Translations under genes and position numbers: made by a program
The notes under the pieces: model-generated
Database searches by the model: none
Told to the model about the DNA's origin: nothing
What the model saw: only the letters and a program-made list of their open reading frames with translations
Assembly (NCBI GenBank): GCA_038883775.1
Contig: JAVZLM010000015.1
Coordinates: 1-11,792 of the forward strand
Reading direction: 5' to 3'
DNA length: 11,792 nt
From: Candidatus Bathyarchaeia archaeon
GTDB taxonomy: Archaea > Thermoproteota > Bathyarchaeia > Bathyarchaeales > Bathycorpusculaceae
Shown: positions 1 through 6,158 of the stretch, in pieces
Layout: each line of letters opens with the position of its first letter
How positions within the stretch are numbered: the first letter of the stretch is position 1

Positions 1-261
1 ATGCCCAGAAAGGGGGCGCAAATCGGCAACTTCAGCTCGAAAGACATTTTTTGCAAGTTCTTCGCCGTACTGTTCAATTTCGTCTGTGAAGCGTGTTCCC
101 ATGTAAAAATGATCTCTTGCCGTGTAGCGGTTTCCAAGTTCTGATGAGAGAAGACTCCTTACTGCTGGACTCATAACGTTTTCTGATGGTATAAGGTTTA
201 AACACTGTTTTCCTCGCCACTCTTCGTGCTTCTTAACTAAACTTAGAATTTCACTAATCAT
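1..261 (-). CDS. glyA: Serine hydroxymethyltransferase-family PLP enzyme, N-terminal 87 aa (runs off the window start); divergent
   Basis: Manual translation from ATG 261-259: MISEILSLVKKHEEWRGKQCLNLIPSENVMSPAVRSLLSSELGNRYTARDHFYMGTRFTDEIEQYGEELAKNVFRAEVADLRPLSGH. LNLIPSENxxS and ADLRPLSG match archaeal SHMT motifs. GAGGA RBS at 272-268; in-frame TAA upstream at 300-298. Not in the ORF track. Confidence 0.88.
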   Translation of the reverse strand, partial: MISEILSLVKKHEEWRGKQCLNLIPSENVMSPAVRSLLSSELGNRYTARDHFYMGTRFTDEIEQYGEELAKNVFRAEVADLRPLSGH

Positions 262-267
262 GCTAAG

Positions 268-302
268 TCCTCGCAATTTTAGGCAATAATGGCATTTTTA
301 AA
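268..302 (-). promoter_or_regulatory. Putative TATA box (TTTAAAAA, 302-295) and RBS (GAGGA, 272-268) for the glyA-like gene
   Basis: Minus strand reads TTTAAAAATGCCATTATTGCCTAAAATTGCGAGGACTTAGC-ATG; spacing is compatible with an archaeal promoter and short leader. Confidence 0.4.
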
Positions 303-653
303 CATTTAACTCATTCTTACCATTTTTATCATTTTAGAAGTTTGCTTATGTTGAAAAATAAAAGGTAAAGCTTACAACATTCCCTGCTGGAGTCTCTCCC
401 GCGCAATCCCCCTTTTTCTATATTTGCAGCCTTTCGTTTTCTAATTTTAAGGACGGCGAAAGCGTTGTTAAAGCTCAGTATAACTTCTTGGAAGTATTAG
501 CTGGTTTCAAGTTAACACATATCCTTTTTCGTGATGAATATGTCCTTTTTCAGATACTGTCCATTGCGAGCCTCGCCAAAGGATACTATCCTTTGCCGAA
601 GGCAGAAAATTCATGTGGTTTTGTATTGGAATAGTTTGTTTGGTGTAAAAAGG

Positions 654-1508
654 CTGTCAAAAGTAAAATTTTACAATTGGAGTATTCGGAAAAGGCTTAT
701 TCCAATCTTGAAACTAATTGACGAAAATTATCCTACGAAAGTAGCTAAGCTTCTCGGAATGAGCCGCCAACACATGCATTACTACTTGAAAAAGTTGGAG
801 AAGGCAGGCTTAGTCAAGCGTACTGGACCGAGGTGGCCAGCATTTTACGAGACAACTGAGCAATGTAAAAAGTTTCTCAGTGGATGTGAGGGTTTAACGC
901 CTAGCTTTGTTTTTAGGCTTCATAATTGTGTTTTTAAGTATCCTATTTTGCAGGAGCCTGCTGTGCTTGTTGATTGGCGGAGAGTGGAGAAGATGAATTG
1001 GAGTAGCCTTATTGGTTCTGAGTTGGGGTTGACGGTTGAGCAGACTACTAGGCATGTTTTGGTTTATTGCGATGTAGTTGAGGGTATGGATCCATGTGAG
1101 CTTTTGTTGTTGGCTAAGGATGCTGCTGATCGTGTTGCTGCTCATCTGCAGTTGAAGTATGGTGTGCGTTTGGGTGACGGTCGACTAGCGCGTAAGATTC
1201 ACTTAGGCGTTTATGATCCTGTTGCTGCTTTGGTTTCTCGTTATTGGCAGGTTAGTGATGATGTGGCTAAGGTTGACGAGTCTGAAGGTTTTGGCGAAGT
1301 TGACTGGTTAAGCGTCGAAGCAGCCAAGGATTATTTGCTTATGCCTCAAAATGTTAAGCGACTCATCCAGATTCAAGAAAAGTTTGCCAATGCCATGAAT
1401 GAACATTTGAGGCTTATCAAGGCTCTTCAAGCTTTGACAGAAAAGATGGACAAGGTTATTGAAAAGTTAAGTTTGGGCGTTACAAATTCTGAAAAGGTTC
1501 GCACTTGA
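654..1508 (+). CDS. Winged helix-turn-helix protein with an uncharacterised central alpha/beta domain and C-terminal coiled coil; possibly mobile-element associated
   Basis: YPTKVAKLLGMSRQHMHYYLKKLEKAGLVKR...FYETT is a MarR/ArsR-type wHTH; the C-terminus is heptad-like (LIQIQEKFANAMNEHLRLIKALQALTEKMDKVIEKL). The frame is open from 531 but the first 41 codons look non-coding. Start placed at CTG 654, 8 nt after GGTG (642-645); the start is uncertain. Confidence 0.75.
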   Translation: MSKVKFYNWSIRKRLIPILKLIDENYPTKVAKLLGMSRQHMHYYLKKLEKAGLVKRTGPRWPAFYETTEQCKKFLSGCEGLTPSFVFRLHNCVFKYPILQEPAVLVDWRRVEKMNWSSLIGSELGLTVEQTTRHVLVYCDVVEGMDPCELLLLAKDAADRVAAHLQLKYGVRLGDGRLARKIHLGVYDPVAALVSRYWQVSDDVAKVDESEGFGEVDWLSVEAAKDYLLMPQNVKRLIQIQEKFANAMNEHLRLIKALQALTEKMDKVIEKLSLGVTNSEKVRT

Positions 1509-1523
1509 AAGTATTGCCCCTGC

Positions 1524-1685
1524 TTGACACATGTGTGGCGGTTTTTATTACGCATGTAATAGATAGGTTAAGGCAGAGGCAAGAAATAGGAGAAGGATGC
1601 TTCCTAACTTGCGAAGCATGACACGTGTCATAACACGTGTTATAACAATTATGTTCCAAGCTTTAAATTTTATAACGCGCGTGAT
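1524..1685. repeat. Cluster of five related 14-bp palindromic sites, consensus ATDAC-RCRY-GTNAT
   Basis: TTGACACATGTGTG 1524-1537 (degenerate); ATTACGCATGTAAT 1547-1560; ATGACACGTGTCAT 1618-1631 (perfect); ATAACACGTGTTAT 1630-1643 (perfect, 12-bp period); ATAACGCGCGTGAT 1672-1685; additional ATAACA half-site at 1642. Confidence 0.8.
1548..1631 (-). CDS. Possible 27-aa hydrophobic micro-protein MTRVMLRKLGSILLLFLASALTYLLHA
   Basis: ATG 1631-1629 to TAA 1550-1548; basic N-terminus followed by one hydrophobic segment; TTTAAA at 1667-1662 upstream. Short enough to be chance. Confidence 0.25.
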   Translation of the reverse strand: MTRVMLRKLGSILLLFLASALTYLLHA

Positions 1686-1911
1686 AATTTTGAGCTACCA
1701 TTGCACGAGTAGCCTCCGCGCACTTTGAAAGGTCTCACCGTGGAGGGTTTTAAGTCGTCTCACACTATAAAACAGCTGGGTAGATGAACAAACAAACCTT
1801 GGGGCAACTTTAGTTTTCCAATAAATAATTAAGAAGGCTATATCTCATTAGTGTTTGTTCTGAATTGAGAACGGCATCTTAGTTATTATTTTTCTTTTAG
1901 GAGGTGATGTG

Positions 1912-2102
1912 TTGCCTAGGCCTAGGAAATATGTGGATACTGTCGTTAAGTCCTTCTGTGTGGAGCTGACTCTGAGCGTGTGTCAGACGCTGGAGACATA
2001 CGTTTCTTGAAGGATGGGAGAATCAGCCTGCCGTATAACCCAAACCAAATAATCTTCATAGAAACCATAGAACCGCCAAAATCCAACAAACATGAAAAAT
2101 AG
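1912..2102 (+). pseudogene. Broken or chimeric small gene: RHH/CopG-like N-terminus (MPRPRKYVDTVVKSFCVE) followed by an out-of-frame tail (DAGDIRFLKDGRISLPYNPNQIIFIETIEPPKSNKHEK*)
   Basis: GGAGGTGA RBS at 1900-1907 and TTG at 1912; this frame stops at TGA 2008-2010 after 32 aa. The -1 frame is open 1950-2102 and looks protein-like. Confidence 0.45.
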
Positions 2103-2497
2103 GCTAAAAATCAATTTCTTCCTAGTCTACAATAGCCCAGAAAAGTGAAAACATCTATCTCACATAGAAACTGAAAATCACGCGCAAAGGAGAAAACGTG
2201 TGCTGGGAAACCTTTATAATATAGGATTTTTCTGGTTTTTTGAAATTTTTCTAAATATATAATCTTTTGATGGTTTCTTTTAATATTGCTTAACAGAACA
2301 TAATCTTCCATGACTGAAAACGTGGGGGCGGAATTTTCTTATAGGAAAAGCCTTTCAAAAAGCAAAATCGGCGAAACAGAGAGAGTATAAGTATATAATT
2401 TCTTACATACTATGCGCCTAGGGAGCCCCCAAAACAACATTTTCTATTTTTTAAATAGAAAATAACTGAACCACATCAAACCGCCTTCTCTAAAACC

Positions 2498-2659
2498 ATG
2501 TATTTAACCTTGAGCAAGCCGACCATTGAGTTATTGAAACTCTCCCTACTCGACTTAGGATGCTTCTATGCTAAAACTAATGATATTAACCACTATGCAA
2601 ATATGCCAACCTGCAACGAATGCTTGCATAGCGTTAATTTGGCACAATGCAACATTTAA
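2498..2659 (+). CDS. Possible 53-aa Cys-containing small protein (C...H...CNEC...C)
   Basis: ATG 2498 to TAA 2657-2659: MYLTLSKPTIELLKLSLLDLGCFYAKTNDINHYANMPTCNECLHSVNLAQCNI. Ends 5 nt before the convergent RLP stop. No clear RBS. Confidence 0.25.
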   Translation: MYLTLSKPTIELLKLSLLDLGCFYAKTNDINHYANMPTCNECLHSVNLAQCNI

Positions 2660-2664
2660 ATATG

Positions 2665-3978
2665 CTATTCAAGGAGCAGAGAGACAGGACCAGCCTTCCA
2701 GGCTTCTATGGCGGCTTTCAGTTCCGGGTGTTGCTCAGCATACTGTTCCAGTATGGTCTTATTCATTGCGGCTTCTATTGCTTGCCTAAAGGCTTTCGCG
2801 CCAGCCCTTGGCCCCATCGGATGCGCGTGAATGGCTCCGCCGGCTCCTATGGCTATGTCTGTGCCTAGATCGCTTATAAGCTGTGGTACGTGGAGCTGAG
2901 TTATTCCGCCAGAAGGCATGGGAAGTGTGGGCTTAATGTTGTGCATCGGGAAAAGCATGGTTTTGCCAGTTTTCAAGTACTTCTCCCTTAAGAAGAAGGG
3001 TTGCTTACCATAAGGCGCTGGATAAACTAGTATGTCTGCACCAGCGAGTCTTGGAAGCTTCGCCAAAGTCAAGTGGGAGGACATGCCCGACTCTGGGTCC
3101 TCATAAATGGCTCCAGCGAAGTCCATGTGGCCTAAAATTGGAACCTTTATGCTTGGATCTTCGGCTAAAGCCTTTAAAACGCCTATGCCGGCTACTAGAT
3201 GATTAACCATTATGGCATTGGCTCCAAGCTCTATGACTTTCTCTGCAAACTCGAAGATTTTCGGCGCGTCTGCAGTCACATTTATCGTGTACATTTTCTT
3301 TTCTCCAGTTTCTTGAGCCGCTCTGTCAACGACCTCCATGTACTTTACGATTCTGCCTTCCACCGTGTTAAAGGGTGCGTTGGCTAAGAGCTCGTCGTCT
3401 TTAACGAAGTCTGCGCCGCCTACCAAAGCCTCATATGCAAGTTTTGCGCCGACCTCTGGTGGATAACCAGTACACGGCTTAATCATGTTGTTAAGTATTG
3501 GTCTCTTATCAATTTTCAAATATTTCCTTAAGCCTTGAACCCCAAATTTTGGTCCCTTAAACATTTCAAGATAGCTTTTTGGGAAAGCTAAATCAACAAG
3601 TTTCAGTCTTCCAGCCATGGAAATGTTGCCGATAACAGTTGTTAAAAGCATTGAAATTTCATTCATAAAATTCTCGTAGGGATAAGCTATCTGAACAATG
3701 TATCGCCTCAGCTTTACGTCTACTGGAACTTCATACTCGAAGTCCGGAATCTCGTTTATGGCGATTACTTTGGCTATGTGTTTTTTCCGCAAATCAACAG
3801 TTTCGCCTGGAACACGGATCCACGTTCCAGTGCTTTGTTCAACAGCCACAGCCATGGCAATTTTGTCAATTGGCCAGTCTCTTGGTATAGCTGCATAATA
3901 CGTGGCTATCACATATTTATCGTAATCTACTCCTTCTGGAAGAGCTGTTGGAAGAGCTTCAATATTCTCTTCTGTCAT
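2665..3978 (-). CDS. RuBisCO-like protein (form IV RLP), 437 aa, resembling the Archaeoglobus fulgidus-type RLP
   Basis: Motifs AVEQSTGTW, IGNIS, MIKPCTG, FVKDDELL, GHMDFAG, YPAPYGK, PMPSGG, GGAIHAHPMG. KDDE is intact but the carboxylase motifs KPK, HRA and IHxGT are altered. Start moved from TTG 3996 to ATG 3978, which follows a GTGGTGA RBS. Confidence 0.95.
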   Translation of the reverse strand: MTEENIEALPTALPEGVDYDKYVIATYYAAIPRDWPIDKIAMAVAVEQSTGTWIRVPGETVDLRKKHIAKVIAINEIPDFEYEVPVDVKLRRYIVQIAYPYENFMNEISMLLTTVIGNISMAGRLKLVDLAFPKSYLEMFKGPKFGVQGLRKYLKIDKRPILNNMIKPCTGYPPEVGAKLAYEALVGGADFVKDDELLANAPFNTVEGRIVKYMEVVDRAAQETGEKKMYTINVTADAPKIFEFAEKVIELGANAIMVNHLVAGIGVLKALAEDPSIKVPILGHMDFAGAIYEDPESGMSSHLTLAKLPRLAGADILVYPAPYGKQPFFLREKYLKTGKTMLFPMHNIKPTLPMPSGGITQLHVPQLISDLGTDIAIGAGGAIHAHPMGPRAGAKAFRQAIEAAMNKTILEQYAEQHPELKAAIEAWKAGPVSLLLE

Positions 3979-3991
3979 GAATTCACCACTT

Positions 3992-4023
3992 TTCAATAAT
4001 TAATTATTGAAGCATGTAATAAA
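3992..4023 (-). promoter_or_regulatory. Putative internal promoter for the RLP gene: TATA-like TTTATTA (4023-4017) and a perfect 20-bp palindrome TTCAATAATTAATTATTGAA (3992-4011)
   Basis: The palindrome was read directly from the sequence. It lies between the TATA-like element and the RBS, over the expected transcription start. Confidence 0.6.
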
Positions 4024-4047
4024 TGCATACCTTTGAGTTTCGTAAAA

Positions 4048-4584
4048 TTATAAGTTAGTGGATTTGCTTCCAAATTCCTCAAAACTTACAATTTCTGACA
4101 GCTTTTTCCTTCTTCTCACCAAATGAAGGATTTTCCCTGTAAGGTTTAATTTTTCACGCGGATAGCCAACAGCCAATAAAGCAACAACTCTATATTTTTC
4201 CGGAATTTTTAGCAACTTTTTAACTTCATCTTCGTTGAAGCTTCCAACCCAGCATGTTCCCAGTCCTTCGCTTGTAGCTGCCAAAACAATGTTTTCCATT
4301 GCAATTGCAACATCAACTGTGAACCATTTTGGAGAAGCCTTCTGATCGCCGCAACCAACAATTACTACTGGAGCTTCTGCTAGGAACTTAGCCCATCTAG
4401 TCTTCGCTAATCTCTCGCGTTTCTCAGTGTCTCTTACGACAATAAAGTGCCAAGGTTGAATGTTGCCCGCAGAAGGTGCCAATCTTCCTGCTTCAAGAAT
4501 TTTCATAAGCTTTTCTTCCGGTAGGGGTGTTGATTCATAAGCACGGATGGAATGTCTTTTTTGAATGGCTTCAAACGTGTTCAA
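4048..4584 (-). CDS. Nitroreductase-family FMN-dependent oxidoreductase, 178 aa
   Basis: AIQKRHSIRAY, GRLAPSAGNIQPWHFIVV, DVAIAMENIVLAATSEGLGTCWVG and LLAVGYP are canonical nitroreductase motifs. TTG start 20 nt after the FGGY stop. Confidence 0.95.
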   Translation of the reverse strand: MNTFEAIQKRHSIRAYESTPLPEEKLMKILEAGRLAPSAGNIQPWHFIVVRDTEKRERLAKTRWAKFLAEAPVVIVGCGDQKASPKWFTVDVAIAMENIVLAATSEGLGTCWVGSFNEDEVKKLLKIPEKYRVVALLAVGYPREKLNLTGKILHLVRRRKKLSEIVSFEEFGSKSTNL

Positions 4585-4604
4585 AGCTTATCCCAACACT
4601 AATT

Positions 4605-6158
4605 TTAACTTGCTTTCATGTTGAGTCTACGATACATTTTTCTATTGTTCTTGTAAATGTTTTGAAATTCTCTAAAAATTTCCTCGTAAATATGAGCGTT
4701 TTTGGGGTTTGGCTCATGAACCTCATCAATTTTGACAAGTTTTTCGGCTTCTTCAAAGCTTTTAAGGTAACCTAAAGCAATCATGGCTATCACTGCAGCT
4801 CCTTTAGCACCAGCCTCTTTCGAATCACTGACTCTATTTATGTTTCTGTTCATGACATCTGCGAAGATTTGGCACCAAACGTTGGACATGGCGCCTCCGC
4901 CTATGATGTTTATGCTTTCAACTTTTCCTGCAAGCTTCTCCAGGTAGAATAAAGCCCACTTCATGTTTAGGGCTACGCCTTCAAGCACTGCCCTAACCAT
5001 GTGCTCTCGTGCGTGTTCGAGGCTGAGATTGTGAAAGCCTCCCCTAACCGTTGGATCGTCAAGTGGCGCTCTTTCACCGAAAAGCCAAGGCGTAAATATT
5101 AAGCCTTCAGCGCCTGGCTTAATTTTTGCAGCCATCTCGCTGAAAAGTTTGTAGACTTCTTCTCGGCTTTCCTTAAACATTGTGTTTTTAAGCCAGTCTA
5201 AGCATGCTCCAGCCGTTTCTTGTTCCGCTACGCATAAGTACATGTCTGGGTTTGCACTGCAAATGCAGCCGATATAGTGAAACAAGTCCTTTTTTCTCTC
5301 TGATAGGTGGCAGCCAAGCCAGCCACTTGTTCCAACGTAAGCGTGGATTTTTCCCTCTGTCACAGCGCCGGAGCCTATGGCGGCTGAAGTAACATCGCCA
5401 GCTCCAACAATCACAGGTGTGCCTTCACATAATCCCATTTCTGCAGCTGCTTCCGGCTTGAGTTTGCCGGCTATATCTGTTGCCTTCATTATTTCTGGAA
5501 GTTTAGCTCTGTCTATTCCATATTTTTTGAGGATTGCGTCCGACCAGTTGAATTTCCCCTTTCGTGTATCCATCATCCACCAAATGTTGGCGTAGTCTCT
5601 GCTTATTACGGGTTTTCCAGTGCACTTTAAAATCAAGTAGTCTTTGCAGTCTAAGAACTTGTAGGTTTCAGCGTAAATTTTCGGCTGTTCTTCCTTAACC
5701 CATAAGATTTTGCATAGGGGGTCTTTTCCCGCGTGCCCGTAAATTCCGCCGGTTATGCTTAGAAACTTTATGAGGGTAAGTAGCCCGTATCCTGCAATTT
5801 TTATAATTCCGCGACTCATTTTTTCCGCTTGCTCTTTAGCTCTTGTGTCAAGCCATATCATACATGGCATGAGGGGTTCGCCGTTGCTGTCCACCGGCAA
5901 TGTGCCAGACATTTGCGTTGCAAACACGATGGCGGTAATGTCCGAGGGCTTAATATTTGCCTTTTCCAGAAGCGCCTTTGTGGTTTCGGTGACTGCGTTC
6001 CACCAGTCTGATGGCTTCTGCTCGGCATATCCACTTTTTGGATAGTATACCGAGTATTCTGCCGAGGCATATCCGACTATTTCGCCGTCTAACTGCACAA
6101 GCACAGCCTTGTTACTCGTTGTACCAGTGTCATGAGCGAGAATATATTTATCTTTCAA
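4605..6158 (-). CDS. FGGY-family carbohydrate kinase (xylulokinase-like), 517 aa; substrate unknown
   Basis: AHDTGTTSNKA, AEQKPSDWW, WLDTRA, GAGD, GTSG, PWLFGERAP, RAVLEG, IGGGA. TTG start overlaps the upstream stop (TTGA, 6158-6155), suggesting translational coupling. Confidence 0.95.
   Translation of the reverse strand: MKDKYILAHDTGTTSNKAVLVQLDGEIVGYASAEYSVYYPKSGYAEQKPSDWWNAVTETTKALLEKANIKPSDITAIVFATQMSGTLPVDSNGEPLMPCMIWLDTRAKEQAEKMSRGIIKIAGYGLLTLIKFLSITGGIYGHAGKDPLCKILWVKEEQPKIYAETYKFLDCKDYLILKCTGKPVISRDYANIWWMMDTRKGKFNWSDAILKKYGIDRAKLPEIMKATDIAGKLKPEAAAEMGLCEGTPVIVGAGDVTSAAIGSGAVTEGKIHAYVGTSGWLGCHLSERKKDLFHYIGCICSANPDMYLCVAEQETAGACLDWLKNTMFKESREEVYKLFSEMAAKIKPGAEGLIFTPWLFGERAPLDDPTVRGGFHNLSLEHAREHMVRAVLEGVALNMKWALFYLEKLAGKVESINIIGGGAMSNVWCQIFADVMNRNINRVSDSKEAGAKGAAVIAMIALGYLKSFEEAEKLVKIDEVHEPNPKNAHIYEEIFREFQNIYKNNRKMYRRLNMKAS

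Larger units (their letters stand above)
654..2450. mobile_element. Possible decayed remnant of an integrated plasmid/virus-like element; boundaries approximate
   Basis: Orphan wHTH gene with strongly G/T-rich coding strand, palindrome cluster, hairpins, a truncated small gene with a perfect RBS, and low coding density from 1509 to 2660. No integrase, tRNA or att repeat was seen. Confidence 0.35.

Noticed and set aside
531-653. N-terminal extension of the wHTH ORF given in the track
   Set aside because: No RBS at 531/534 and the translation is not protein-like; a GGTG precedes CTG 654. The true start remains uncertain.
1524-1685. CRISPR array or transposon terminal inverted repeats
   Set aside because: Units are only 14 bp, irregularly spaced and overlapping; no cas or transposase gene is present.
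2111-2311. 66-aa minus-strand ORF
   Set aside because: AT-rich low-complexity translation with no motif or convincing RBS; probably non-coding.
300-2660. tRNA/att site or ORB-type chromosomal origin bounding the accessory patch
   Set aside because: No tRNA cloverleaf, flanking direct repeat or convincing TTCCAGTGGAAAC-type ORB was found by eye, and no cdc6 is present.
2665-3978. Bona fide RuBisCO (rbcL, form III) implying CO2 fixation or AMP salvage
   Set aside because: K177, R295 and H327 equivalents are substituted, and no AMP phosphorylase, R15P isomerase or PRK gene is in the window.
3979-3996. TTG start at 3996 for the RLP
   Set aside because: That stretch contains the GTGGTGA RBS for ATG 3978 and overlaps the palindrome.
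4012-4021. GCATGTAATA shared with 1552-1561, suggesting common regulation
   Set aside because: A single 10-mer match in AT-rich DNA that lacks the left half of the palindrome; compatible with chance.
4048-4584. BluB-type flavin destructase
   Set aside because: A short generic nitroreductase with no BluB-specific features that I can identify; its role in the cluster is unresolved.
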